From positions 155,880 through 219,879 of the IMG/VR virus record IMGVR_UViG_3300032287_003113: a stretch of DNA of 64,000 nt; one strand, 5' to 3'. Below, piece after piece: positions 19,438-28,611 of the stretch. The notes beneath the pieces were generated by a model. The model saw nothing but the letters and a program-made list of their open reading frames with translations. It had not been told where the DNA came from and made no database searches. Within the stretch, counting starts at the first letter, position 1, and every line of letters starts with the position of its first letter. The translations under genes were made by a program, and so were the position numbers.

Positions 19438-20359
19438 AATATGCTTGAAAACCTTGTTCAATATCTACTCGTCCACGATAGCCAAAGTCTTGGCCGGCAC
19501 GTATGGTGCTTAGTGTGCCACGACTGGGAAATCTGGGATTGGCATCGGCCATCCTAATACGACCCTTGCCTGCAATCGCGACAGCCAATTCAGCGGCTTC
19601 TAATAGAGTACGTCCACGACTGCGTGTAATGTTGTATGTACGTTTGGAACTGTTAAAACTAAGTGAGGCCTTGACAATACCATCGACAGCATCATCAACA
19701 TAGGTAAAGTCTAACTGTTCTTCTGCACCACATACCACAAGTTCTTGATCTAGCATGGCATTGGTTAAAAACTTGCTGACTACACGGTCTTCGACATCTC
19801 GTGGTCCATACACCGCACTTGGACGTAACACGACATAATCAATTCCGGCCCGTTCACATAGATCACGTGTTAGGCTTTCTCCGGCATATTTTAAAATACC
19901 ATAGATACCTTTTGGATTACAACGCATATCTTCGTAGCCGCACAGCTCAAAGTCTCCGTAGACCATGCTAGAACTGATGTAAACAAATCTACGAACATCG
20001 AAGCGTTCGCTACAGCGTAATAAGTTAATCAATCCATTGGTCAATACTGTGGCACCTTCTTCGGGATTCTCATCCACAGCTTTGGCACGGGGAAATGCTG
20101 CACAATGTATCACAACATCAGGTCTGCACTCATCAAACACATTTAACAAAGCATTATAGTTTTTAATATCTACATGATGTATGCTGGTTGTAGCGATACG
20201 TTCCAAACGTTCTTGATGTAGTTTGGACATTTCGGCATCAGGCACAATACCGTAATTGGTAAAGTTATCTAGGATGCAAACATCGTGACCTTGTGCTTCA
20301 AGTTCAGCTACCACATTGTGCCCAATAAAGCCCACACCGCCAGTGACTAATATATTCAT
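19412..20359 (-). CDS. NAD-dependent epimerase/dehydratase (extended SDR)
   Basis: TGGVGFIG, SSSMVYG, YGILK (YxxxK), RPSAVYGP, DFTYVDD. Confidence 0.9.
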   Translation of the reverse strand: MNILVTGGVGFIGHNVVAELEAQGHDVCILDNFTNYGIVPDAEMSKLHQERLERIATTSIHHVDIKNYNALLNVFDECRPDVVIHCAAFPRAKAVDENPEEGATVLTNGLINLLRCSERFDVRRFVYISSSMVYGDFELCGYEDMRCNPKGIYGILKYAGESLTRDLCERAGIDYVVLRPSAVYGPRDVEDRVVSKFLTNAMLDQELVVCGAEEQLDFTYVDDAVDGIVKASLSFNSSKRTYNITRSRGRTLLEAAELAVAIAGKGRIRMADANPRFPSRGTLSTIRAGQDFGYRGRVDIEQGFQAYYEWLRRTV

Positions 20360-21267
20360 ACAGCCATTTCTGCTCGAATTGATGCGTGGCTAGTGTAGCC
20401 TGTCAATGAGATATCCGACATGGTAAAATCAAATATACTTTTAACATCGGGATTGAGTAGAAGTTGTGGGGCAGGTAATGGTTCACGATCCAATTGTTCT
20501 CGAACCTGCTCTACATGATTCAAGTAGATGTGTGCATCTCCGAGCACGTGAACAAACTCTCCCACAGCCATACCACACGTTCTAGCTATTAGATGAGTTA
20601 ACAAGCTATAGCTGGCTATATTAAATGGAACTCCTAAAAACATGTCACAACTTCTTTGGTACATTTGGCAACTCAGCTTACGATCTCGACTTACGTAAAA
20701 CTGTGCAAACATGTGGCACGGAGGCAATGCCATTTGACCTAGCTCGCCAGGATTCCAAGATGTTAATATGTGCCTACGTCCGTACGGATCTTTCTTTAGT
20801 CCCGCAATTAACTCTTTGAGTTGATCAACTTCTTTGATGTGCAATAAGCCGCCACGATTAAAAATGTTACCAAATGAATCTTTGAATGTTTCTTGTTTGT
20901 GCTCAATTGGAGTACGCCAGTGGCGCCATTGTACTCCATACACACGACCCAAGTCTCCTTCAAACTTAGCTTTTGTTTTCCAGTAAGGCGCAAGAGCATT
21001 AGGAGTCCAAATAGTTGCGGTACCATCTGCGGTACCGTGTGTGATCTCGGCCAGTCTGCGTTCACTGCCTGAACCTTCAATCATCCATAGCAGTTCGCCT
21101 ACACAGGCTCGCCAGGCAAGTTTTTTAGTAGTTACTGCCGGGAATGAAACAGATAAGTCATAGCGTTGTTGCAGACCAAACAGGCCGATAGTGCCCACGC
21201 CGGTTCGATCATCTCTTTGTTCGCCCTGCTCAAGAACTTGTCTAAGTGCGTCTAGGTATTGTTTCAT
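20356..21267 (-). CDS. thyA: Thymidylate synthase
   Basis: DRTGVGT, ELLWMI, YGVQWR, PPCH catalytic Cys, QRSCD.FLG.PFNIASY, HIYLNH. Confidence 0.97.
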   Translation of the reverse strand: MKQYLDALRQVLEQGEQRDDRTGVGTIGLFGLQQRYDLSVSFPAVTTKKLAWRACVGELLWMIEGSGSERRLAEITHGTADGTATIWTPNALAPYWKTKAKFEGDLGRVYGVQWRHWRTPIEHKQETFKDSFGNIFNRGGLLHIKEVDQLKELIAGLKKDPYGRRHILTSWNPGELGQMALPPCHMFAQFYVSRDRKLSCQMYQRSCDMFLGVPFNIASYSLLTHLIARTCGMAVGEFVHVLGDAHIYLNHVEQVREQLDREPLPAPQLLLNPDVKSIFDFTMSDISLTGYTSHASIRAEMAV

Positions 21268-22049
21268 AGGTGTAATAAGTCTGTTAGGTGTTTATACAGT
21301 ATTGTATGACCTTCTCGGTTAGGATGCAAGCCATCTGGATGAAAAATAAGCTCATCCATTATTCTGGTACTATCGGATATTGAGTCAAATTCTTGCCGAA
21401 CTTGACGGGCAAATTCTGGAGTGTATGTGGATAAGTTGATGTAGTTGATATCCCAAGTATACGTTATACCAAATTCAGGATTATCTGTTCCGGGGTGTTC
21501 TTGATATTGTCCTGCTAACAAGTATATCCAACTTACCACTGTGGGCAATAGGTTTGTGTATTTGTTGAGTATATTAGTGTTTACATTATAGGTGCCACCA
21601 ACACAATGTATGTTGGCATTGTGCTTTTTGGCCACTGTATCAAGTTGACGGTATATAGAGTCTTGTTGTTGACGTACTAGATTAATTAACCCGGCAGCTG
21701 TTTTAATGGCTTCGGTAAACCCGGGCAAGTTACCGGCATCACTGTCACGTTTGAGATTTAATTCAGCAAGTTCTGGCATGATAAGATCTAGCAAAGGATC
21801 AGCCATTATAAAAAATACAACGTCTCCGTCTTGGTATCGGCTCGCTAATTTACCATCTAGATATGTGATCACACGACTGTGGTAACTACGAGCTTGACTG
21901 GCATCTACTACTGTGTATCCTGCATCGGCAAAATACTGTTTTATGCCATCATGTTGAACTACAGGATTACCAGGAGCCCATTCTCCACGAGCCCAGCTGG
22001 ATCCTGATACAAATATTTTAGGTTGGTTTGCGTTTGAAGACCGACTCAT
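21264..22049 (-). CDS. SGNH-like protein
   Basis: SGSSWA at the N-terminus and DGLHPNREGH at the C-terminus. Confidence 0.45.
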   Translation of the reverse strand: MSRSSNANQPKIFVSGSSWARGEWAPGNPVVQHDGIKQYFADAGYTVVDASQARSYHSRVITYLDGKLASRYQDGDVVFFIMADPLLDLIMPELAELNLKRDSDAGNLPGFTEAIKTAAGLINLVRQQQDSIYRQLDTVAKKHNANIHCVGGTYNVNTNILNKYTNLLPTVVSWIYLLAGQYQEHPGTDNPEFGITYTWDINYINLSTYTPEFARQVRQEFDSISDSTRIMDELIFHPDGLHPNREGHTILYKHLTDLLHL

Positions 22050-22518
22050 AGACCGTAAATGTTGATTGAAAATCTCGACTTACTTGAGCACGTACAGGAT
22101 GGAATCCTGTCAAGAACTCTTTTACATATATTCTAGTGTCTGCACGATAAGTTCCTTTGACGTGTGTTAGGTATATCCTATCAAACAAAGGTTTAGCAGT
22201 TTCTAACAGGGCGGAACCACCAATCACAAATATTTTTTTAGTGGGATTTTCACGCTCTAGATCCAGAAGTTTTTCTTGTACGTCACCGCTGAAAGGATTT
22301 GCATGTGTCACAGGTCTATGTGTGGCTACATACACAGTACGATTAGGTAACGGCTTGGGCATCTTGGGATCGTCCCAGGTCTTGCGGCCCATGACAACCA
22401 CATGCCCAGTGGTCAAGTTTTTAAAGTGTTGTAAATCTTCAGCGTTATGCGGCCAAGGTAACGTTCCGTTATGGCCCATACCGCCGTTGAAATCAACGGC
22501 AAATATAGCATTTATCAT
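22018..22518 (-). CDS. folA: Dihydrofolate reductase
   Basis: GGMGHNGTLPW, DLQHFK, VVMGRKTWD, PLPNR, IGGS; adjacent to thyA. Confidence 0.95.
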   Translation of the reverse strand: MINAIFAVDFNGGMGHNGTLPWPHNAEDLQHFKNLTTGHVVVMGRKTWDDPKMPKPLPNRTVYVATHRPVTHANPFSGDVQEKLLDLERENPTKKIFVIGGSALLETAKPLFDRIYLTHVKGTYRADTRIYVKEFLTGFHPVRAQVSRDFQSTFTVYESVFKRKPT

Positions 22519-22862
22519 AAGTCTTTGAGTAAGTTGTCAGTGAAAGGCTGGATTACTTTGGCCACGCTGTCTACACTTATATGAAAATCGACATCTTTTA
22601 TGATGTCATCTAAGGCTTCTAGTTTGGCATTGATAATTTTTTCCACTACAGCAGGATCGGCACCTTCGTCAATCATCTCAGCGACGTTGACATCTACACT
22701 GGTGCCATCTTTTAAATTAACAGTAATATAACGTAAGACATTAATGGGTACTTGTTCTTTGGTTACTTCTTTTAAGAGCTTTTCCCATTGATCTTTACGG
22801 TTTAAGTTAAGCCGCTTGCTTCTTGGTCGGCGTGGCTTTTTTGGCTCTTGTTGGTTTGGCAT
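22515..22862 (-). CDS. Hypothetical protein
   Basis: ATGA-coupled to DHFR; start uncertain (56-nt overlap with upstream gene). Confidence 0.6.
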   Translation of the reverse strand: MPNQQEPKKPRRPRSKRLNLNRKDQWEKLLKEVTKEQVPINVLRYITVNLKDGTSVDVNVAEMIDEGADPAVVEKIINAKLEALDDIIKDVDFHISVDSVAKVIQPFTDNLLKDL

Positions 22863-23511
22863 TTTTCGCGGGTGTTAGTGATTGTGCTTCTTCAGTTAAA
22901 CGCTTGGCTTCGGCTAATAGTTGCTCGGCTTGTTTTTGCATCTGAGCAGCCTGGCTTAGTCTTTGTGTGGCCAAATCATCATCGCTTAGTACACCCTTGA
23001 GATAGGCAGCGGCGCTATCGGTTGCTTCAACATCAAGATTGGTTCTGCTGATACTGGAATTGTTTGGTGGCATACCAACTTCACGACCTTCTGTGGTACG
23101 ACGTTTTTTAGTTTGCAATCCTGCATTGGCGTCAATGTCGGCCAACTTCTTGATGGCCTCTTCGCCTTTTTCCATTTCATCTAGGATACTGTTTAGTTCA
23201 TCTAAACGTACACTGGATTTCATTGTGGGAGTTATCAACACTTGGCTGGTTGGAACCTTCTTGATAAAACCTTCTTTGTGTAATACTTCAAGAGCATTAC
23301 GACCATCAGCCATGGTTGTACGGAACAACACGTCACTGAATTCTTTGGCGTTTTGACCAATTGGGCTTTCCAAGGCCTTCATGACTTCGTCATGAATCAT
23401 GCGTGGAAGTGTTTCGCTGTATGTAAGCAAGGCCATATGATCCTCGTTTGGTACACGGCGCCATAGTAATACTATTCTTTTGTTGTTGTGTTTACCCACA
23501 TGTTTAATCAT
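22807..23511 (-). CDS. Hypothetical protein (coiled-coil C-terminus)
   Basis: 234-aa ORF with AAGGA SD. Confidence 0.7.
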   Translation of the reverse strand: MIKHVGKHNNKRIVLLWRRVPNEDHMALLTYSETLPRMIHDEVMKALESPIGQNAKEFSDVLFRTTMADGRNALEVLHKEGFIKKVPTSQVLITPTMKSSVRLDELNSILDEMEKGEEAIKKLADIDANAGLQTKKRRTTEGREVGMPPNNSSISRTNLDVEATDSAAAYLKGVLSDDDLATQRLSQAAQMQKQAEQLLAEAKRLTEEAQSLTPAKNAKPTRAKKATPTKKQAA

Positions 23512-23525
23512 TTTGAATTTTCCTT

Positions 23526-23783
23526 TTATTCAGCAACTGGTGTGGCTACTGTTTCATCACTGGCTGGTGCAGAAGATGATGACATTGCGCCACTGGCTGT
23601 AAGGAAAGTGGTTATGCGATCAAATACTCCGCCAATCTGTGTGAATTCTTCGGCACGAAATGCGCCACGTGTACTGGCCAACTGAAGGGCCTGGGCACAC
23701 AGCATCAAGTCCGATAATTGTAACTGAACTGCTGTTTCATCGGGCTGTGCTACTTGTTCTTGTTGTATTGCTTGTTCTTGCAT
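23526..23783 (-). CDS. Hypothetical protein
   Basis: GGAG SD, preceded by a TAAATA motif. Confidence 0.7.
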   Translation of the reverse strand: MQEQAIQQEQVAQPDETAVQLQLSDLMLCAQALQLASTRGAFRAEEFTQIGGVFDRITTFLTASGAMSSSSAPASDETVATPVAE

Positions 23784-23807
23784 AGATATCTCCGTAAACT
23801 ATGCATA

Positions 23808-23813
23808 TATTTA
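23808..23813 (-). promoter_or_regulatory. Late-type promoter motif TAAATA
   Basis: Intergenic, about 25 nt upstream of the 23783 start; recurs at equivalent positions elsewhere. Confidence 0.5.
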
Positions 23814-23840
23814 CGATCTATACAGCCACCGGAAAAATTT

Positions 23841-24131
23841 TTAGAACTCGAAATCGAAGGTGTTGATTTGATCTAGTACTAGGGCAAACATACTAGCTTC
23901 TACGGCTATTTCAAATGCGGCACAGCGATGGCTGTGTACATTGGCATCGGCATCTTTGTAATACTGTTCACCATGGTAAAACCTACCTGAAAGATTGGTC
24001 CAGATCCAATCTGAAATGGTTTTTTCGGTGCATTTTAATTCAAAGGTAACCGGTGTAAAGTGCGGCGGGCAATGATCTAATTCTCTAAGTCCAAATACCG
24101 CCAGGGGATTGGCTTCGTTATACTTTAGCAC
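23841..24131 (-). CDS. Hypothetical protein
   Basis: ORF in co-directional run. Confidence 0.6.
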   Translation of the reverse strand: MLKYNEANPLAVFGLRELDHCPPHFTPVTFELKCTEKTISDWIWTNLSGRFYHGEQYYKDADANVHSHRCAAFEIAVEASMFALVLDQINTFDFEF

Positions 24132-24417
24132 TGGACCGGATGGAATCGATGGTTTCTTGGCTTAGTTCGCCTTCAACCAAGGTAAATTTGGTATCGCTTT
24201 GATCAGCTTCGGGTATTACCAATCTATCTGCAAGCAAGGCTTCAGCATCACGCACAAAAGTTTCGGTTACTTGATACTGTTTGGTATACTGAGCAATTTC
24301 CATGGAGCGGCTAAGATCATCTAGACAGTTTTCTAGTTTGAGAATACGCAACTGCAACTTTAGTGCCAATTCACGTGCGGCCTTGGGTTTTAAATCTTTG
24401 GGATTTACAAATTCCAT
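24118..24417 (-). CDS. Hypothetical protein
   Basis: ORF in co-directional run. Confidence 0.6.
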   Translation of the reverse strand: MEFVNPKDLKPKAARELALKLQLRILKLENCLDDLSRSMEIAQYTKQYQVTETFVRDAEALLADRLVIPEADQSDTKFTLVEGELSQETIDSIRSSAKV

Positions 24418-24599
24418 TATTCTACTCCAAAATGTTTTAAAATATTGTCACTGCTCTGATAAGGTTCGGCGGTGTGTGCAATATCAGCACACTCCCGCAC
24501 AATGGCCTGGGCAAACTCTTCAACCTTGAGTCGCCATATGGGGCTATGAGCAATGGTAAAGTGAGTGTCCTCGGCTATGCGTTGGATATTTTCGTTCAT
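24417..24599 (-). CDS. Hypothetical protein (60 aa)
   Basis: Start moved to ATG 24599, which overlaps the upstream TGA (ATGA). Confidence 0.55.
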   Translation of the reverse strand: MNENIQRIAEDTHFTIAHSPIWRLKVEEFAQAIVRECADIAHTAEPYQSSDNILKHFGVE

Positions 24600-25840
24600 T
24601 TCACAGCATCTTCGTAGTGGGCATACACACCAAACTCGGGTTTGGCTTCTTTGTTGCCTTTGATAATCCACACAGTATCGCAATACTGCTCGACCTGATC
24701 AGGGCTCCAACCAAAGAAACAAAAGTCAGTAAACATGATCAATTTCTTGGGTTCGATGTTGTTTTCTTCCAACCAGGTCCAAACACAATGCGGATCTGTA
24801 CCACCGCCACCACCCGGTACAAAGCTCTCAATGTCAGCGATATTGTCCGATGTGAATATTTCGTGATTGTGTACTTCGGTATCCCAACCCAACACATGGA
24901 TACGATATTCGTCGTAACTTTCCATGATACCTTTGATTTCACTCAAGAAAATCTTGAGATCTGGGTCAGTGATACTACCTGAAGTATCAATACCAATCAC
25001 AACATCAATCTGGTTGCCGGGCAACATGCCGGGCATGACAGCATCCATATGCCACCCTCTGCGGCTGGGACGTTGCCAAGTAAAATCACTCTTGATAGAA
25101 CTTTCAACCTGCTGATTGATCAACTCACGCCAGTTAATCACAGGTTCGGTTAGGTCCTTGATCATGCGTTTGACACCACCGGGCAAATTACCTGCACCCG
25201 AAGCATTGGCGGCATTTAGTACTGCATCTTTGATTTCGTCGCGAATAGCCTTCTTTTCTTCTTCGCTCAGGCGTGGACGACCGTTGCCTGGCTTGTCGCC
25301 ATCTTCGCCTTCACCACCTTCTCCGTCCAAATGTTCGTCTAGTAGACGCTTCATCAATTCATCAATGTTGATTTTGTCGGCATTGGCATACAAGTCATCA
25401 TACACTTCTTCGGCACTCATACCTTTGTACTTCGAGTCGTACAGGGCAACGGGAATCTTGTCGCCAATACGTTGTTCTACCAGGTCCCAGTTTACGCAAT
25501 AGTCATCGGCAATGTTCCACAGTTTTGGATCTCTGTTGCCACGACGTCCCATATGGTCATAAACCGCATGAAGCACTTCATGTCCGACCAAGAATTCCAA
25601 TTGCTTTAGGGGAAGGTTATTGACAAACTCTGAATTATAGTAAAATTTACGGCCGTCTGTGGCGGCAGTAGGACACCATTCATCTGCGTTGATAAGTGTT
25701 AGGCGGGTAGCAAGGTTGCCAAAGAATGGAGCACGGAGCAAAAGACCAATACGTGCGGTAACCAGTTTTTCGCGGGCACTTGCATCCGTCTTGGGATCTG
25801 TTACTGTTACCGCTTTACTTTTTTCTGCTAGTGTAGTCAT
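24596..25840 (-). CDS. HExxH metallopeptidase-like domain plus C-terminal VWA domain protein (DUF2201-type MoxR partner)
   Basis: TAATDG..FYYN, GHEVLH, N.ADDY.VN; VWA MIDAS IDTSGS...GGGT; start ATG 25840 with AGGAG SD. Confidence 0.85.
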   Translation of the reverse strand: MTTLAEKSKAVTVTDPKTDASAREKLVTARIGLLLRAPFFGNLATRLTLINADEWCPTAATDGRKFYYNSEFVNNLPLKQLEFLVGHEVLHAVYDHMGRRGNRDPKLWNIADDYCVNWDLVEQRIGDKIPVALYDSKYKGMSAEEVYDDLYANADKINIDELMKRLLDEHLDGEGGEGEDGDKPGNGRPRLSEEEKKAIRDEIKDAVLNAANASGAGNLPGGVKRMIKDLTEPVINWRELINQQVESSIKSDFTWQRPSRRGWHMDAVMPGMLPGNQIDVVIGIDTSGSITDPDLKIFLSEIKGIMESYDEYRIHVLGWDTEVHNHEIFTSDNIADIESFVPGGGGGTDPHCVWTWLEENNIEPKKLIMFTDFCFFGWSPDQVEQYCDTVWIIKGNKEAKPEFGVYAHYEDAVK

Positions 25841-25864
25841 TCTGTTCGCTCCTGTATTATATAT

Positions 25865-25893
25865 ATTATACATTTAATTGATTTTTTGGTCAA
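25865..25893 (-). promoter_or_regulatory. Sigma70-type promoter, conserved-spacer family
   Basis: TTGACC-17-TATAAT with extended TG; spacer AAAAAATCAATTAAATG. Confidence 0.8.
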
Positions 25894-26185
25894 CCTTTTG
25901 GTTAGCACGGTTTTTTCGTTGATTAAACACATCTTCCATGCCCTGTACACTAGAACCAGGCTTGATCACTTGTGGTGCTGTGGGCTGGCTGACTGCGACT
26001 GTGGCACGTGGTTCAGGTGCTGTGGGACGGCAAATATCATTGCCGCTGATGCTTCGGCTGATCTTGCAGTCTTGATCGCGAACAGCACTGATACCATGGT
26101 CTGCTAGACCTTTACCGGTGGTTTCTACCGAAGCCACACTAGCTAGACCGACTATGAGCAAAGGACCTATGACCATTGTGGCCAC
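25874..26185 (-). CDS. Hypothetical membrane or secreted protein
   Basis: Hydrophobic N-terminus, Cys pair; start uncertain. Confidence 0.5.
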   Translation of the reverse strand: MATMVIGPLLIVGLASVASVETTGKGLADHGISAVRDQDCKISRSISGNDICRPTAPEPRATVAVSQPTAPQVIKPGSSVQGMEDVFNQRKNRANQKVDQKIN

Positions 26186-26364
26186 CTTAACATAAAATAA
26201 GTACGGTCTGCTGGGTCGGGGATATATAACATCATTTGTCCTAGTGCTATCTTATTGTGGCCTAACCAAGTACCAATGGATTCTTTGTTATCTAACCACC
26301 ATTTACGATTCATGACTACACAAATCTCTGGAGTATCTAGTTCTGGACAAAAGTCATAGTTCAT
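26167..26364 (-). CDS. Hypothetical protein
   Basis: 65-aa ORF in co-directional run. Confidence 0.55.
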   Translation of the reverse strand: MNYDFCPELDTPEICVVMNRKWWLDNKESIGTWLGHNKIALGQMMLYIPDPADRTYFMLRWPQWS

Positions 26365-26419
26365 AAGAATAAGGAGGACTTACAGCGTGTGCCTGCCCCC
26401 TGCCTGTGACAGCAACCTT

Positions 26420-27526
26420 TTACTTACCGCCTGCCGCGATAATGTACTTGCCGTACCGCTTATGGAACTCATCAAAGTTCTTGAGCTTGCCTGGTACCAA
26501 GGGTAAGTTGTACGTGGTCAACGCAACTCTAGCACCCATAACAACCAATTCAGTGGTAAAGTTATCCATCATAAAGCGGAAGAAGTTATCGGCCATACCG
26601 TGCCATTGGCTGATCTTTTCCTTGCCTAGTTTGGCATAAGCATCTTGCAATTCATAGCACATGGACACAGTCAAGGAGTACATGGCACTGACTTCTTTGA
26701 CATCTAAAGTCTTGACCTTGCCTGCCAAGATTTCGCTTGGGTTAGGCATCTTGCTGGCAACCTTGCGGTGTGCCATAAACTTAACTGCCAAGCCATCACC
26801 GATAGTACCAGCAATCAAGTCCGACAATTCTGCATCTGTGGCATCTTCGTCATGTAAGAATTCACTTACAAAGTGCCATGAACGTGGTGTTGCAAAGGCA
26901 CGGCTGGCTGAGCGTGGGTTAAAATCCATCAAGTCTTGCTTGGCAAAACCAATGTAACCTACCACGTCCTTGTGCTCACGATTCTGCACAGCCCACTCGT
27001 TCCATGAGTCGTAATCAGCACGTACTTCCAAATGTACGAAACGATTTGCCAGGGGCATTGGCATACGGAAACTAACACCTTTGTCGCTTTCACGATTACC
27101 CGCGGCCACAATTACCACATTCTTGGGCAGGTGATACTTGCCTAGTCTGCGATTGAGAATCAACTGATAGGCCGCGGCCTGTACTGCCGGGGCTGCCACG
27201 TTCATTTCGTCCAAGAACAAGGTCACAACAGGATATTCTGCGGCCAACTCTGGTGTTGGTAAATCCACAGGTTCAGCCCAGTCCATTTTGCCCGACTCTT
27301 TGTTATAAAACGGAATACCACGCAGATCTGTGGGCTCCATCTGGCCTAGACGTAAGTCAATGGTATAACCGCCTAATTCTTGGGTAAGACCGGCTACCAA
27401 TTCACTTTTACCTACTCCGGGAGGACCCCAAATAAAAACAGGGCGTTGGACTTTGAATGCACGAAGCAAGCGGCTACGGCATTCATTGGGTGTTACTGTA
27501 CGGCTTTCACTAATAGTTGTACTCAT
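26420..27526 (-). CDS. MoxR-family AAA+ ATPase
   Basis: WGPPGVGKS Walker A, LFLDEMN Walker B, AAGNR, LANRF, PRSW; AGGAG SD. Confidence 0.9.
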   Translation of the reverse strand: MSTTISESRTVTPNECRSRLLRAFKVQRPVFIWGPPGVGKSELVAGLTQELGGYTIDLRLGQMEPTDLRGIPFYNKESGKMDWAEPVDLPTPELAAEYPVVTLFLDEMNVAAPAVQAAAYQLILNRRLGKYHLPKNVVIVAAGNRESDKGVSFRMPMPLANRFVHLEVRADYDSWNEWAVQNREHKDVVGYIGFAKQDLMDFNPRSASRAFATPRSWHFVSEFLHDEDATDAELSDLIAGTIGDGLAVKFMAHRKVASKMPNPSEILAGKVKTLDVKEVSAMYSLTVSMCYELQDAYAKLGKEKISQWHGMADNFFRFMMDNFTTELVVMGARVALTTYNLPLVPGKLKNFDEFHKRYGKYIIAAGGK

Positions 27527-27570
27527 CACAGGCTCCTAAAAATTACTACAAAATTAACTACTATAGAACT

Positions 27571-27599
27571 ATTATACAATTAAATGATTTTACGGTCTA
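27571..27599 (-). promoter_or_regulatory. Sigma70-type promoter, conserved-spacer family
   Basis: TAGACC-17-TATAAT; spacer GTAAAATCATTTAATTG. Confidence 0.7.
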
Positions 27600-27915
27600 C
27601 TAAATTTTCACGATCGCTGTAAATTTTATTACCACGATCACGAATTAAATCAGCCGAACCTTGCGGATCTGCGTCAAACATACCACGAATATCTTCGTCT
27701 GAAATACCTTCCGCCACATTCATGGTATAGATTTCATAATGTCTTTGGCTGTTGGCCCTAGCACGAAGCATCAAATGATTGACCATACTGCCCAACCGAA
27801 CCGGTGGATCTTCATTCTTGAGTGTGGCCCAAGTGGCTTCTTTTTCATAGTCTGTGATATTGATCACAGCCTCAAGCCCCGTGCAGTCCCACGACACAAG
27901 AAACAGGTTGCTCAT
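27580..27915 (-). CDS. Hypothetical protein
   Basis: ATGA-coupled ORF. Confidence 0.65.
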   Translation of the reverse strand: MSNLFLVSWDCTGLEAVINITDYEKEATWATLKNEDPPVRLGSMVNHLMLRARANSQRHYEIYTMNVAEGISDEDIRGMFDADPQGSADLIRDRGNKIYSDRENLVDRKII

Positions 27916-28100
27916 ACTTCGGCGATTTCCCAGGCCATGATACGGCGTTCCATTTCGGCATCAAGTACATCACGAATAGCCCGTTCGCCTTCAGTCAATG
28001 TAGTCGAGCTCCAAAACGTATCTAGCAAGGATGATAATTCTTGAGCCGGCATAGTCCGGGCCATTGCTTGGTATTCTTCTCGGGTACGATATTTCGACAT
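27912..28100 (-). CDS. Hypothetical protein
   Basis: AGGAG SD, 62 aa. Confidence 0.65.
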   Translation of the reverse strand: MSKYRTREEYQAMARTMPAQELSSLLDTFWSSTTLTEGERAIRDVLDAEMERRIMAWEIAEV

Positions 28101-28115
28101 TTCGATCTCCTGTTT

Positions 28116-28153
28116 AAAAAGTACTGGTTTTTATTTTGAGTCAAAAACCAGTA
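28116..28153 (-). terminator. Intrinsic terminator-like hairpin
   Basis: Perfect 11-bp inverted repeat TACTGGTTTTT/AAAAACCAGTA (28122-32, 28143-53) followed by CUUUUU on the minus strand. Confidence 0.55.
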
Positions 28154-28159
28154 AAAAGT

Positions 28160-28218
28160 GACTGCGTCGTTTCTGGGGTATCAAGGCTCCCCAAGGACCG
28201 CACGGCCCCATCACAGCC
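28160..28218 (-). ncRNA. Candidate three-way-junction structured RNA
   Basis: P1 GGCUGU/GCAGUC, P2 GGGGCC/GGUCCU (GUGC loop), P3 UGGGG/CCCCA; GC-rich intergenic; folded by eye. Confidence 0.4.
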
Positions 28219-28500
28219 TTATCTGGAAAGATTCATTACACGACCTTGGAACTCGTTGAAGCTGACTCTCCAAGGCACAAATATTTCATGACCCACACGA
28301 CTGTCGGGACCGGATTGATTAGTATCGGTGTCGGCACCAAAATGATCACGGGTAACACGGATCTTGTAGGCCTGATAACCTTGCTCGGTATTGTGAGCAT
28401 CAATCACTTGACCTTCGATAAAACAATCATCACGTCCCGCCATGGGTTTGAAATCATAGCTACGGATGATATCACCATCTACTATTGTTAGTCCAACCAT
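28219..28500 (-). CDS. Hypothetical protein
   Basis: Start moved to ATG 28500 (AAGGAG SD), just downstream of a promoter. Confidence 0.7.
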   Translation of the reverse strand: MVGLTIVDGDIIRSYDFKPMAGRDDCFIEGQVIDAHNTEQGYQAYKIRVTRDHFGADTDTNQSGPDSRVGHEIFVPWRVSFNEFQGRVMNLSR

Positions 28501-28530
28501 TTTTAGCTCCTTTTTATTAACTATACATAC

Positions 28531-28559
28531 ATTATACATTTAATGGATTTATGGGTCAA
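28531..28559 (-). promoter_or_regulatory. Sigma70-type promoter, conserved-spacer family
   Basis: TTGACC-17-TATAAT; spacer CATAAATCCATTAAATG. Confidence 0.8.
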
Positions 28560-28611
28560 CCAAAAAAACACCCCTAAAAAGGGGTATTTTAAGCGTTGTA
28601 AGTCATTGATT

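Noticed and set aside
20356-21267. thyA as a dCMP hydroxymethylase supplying 5hmC to the carbamoyltransferase
   Set aside because: Retains the dUMP-specifying Asn (PFNIASY) and sits beside DHFR, as expected for a canonical thymidylate synthase
26365-26419. G-rich intergenic tract after MoxR (GGCAGGGGGCAGG) as a G-quadruplex or structured RNA
   Set aside because: Too few G-runs for a convincing quadruplex, and only weak short helices by eye
28160-28218. Hammerhead ribozyme (GAAAC...GUC present)
   Set aside because: No CUGANGA directly 5' of the stem preceding GAAA; topology does not fit types I-III
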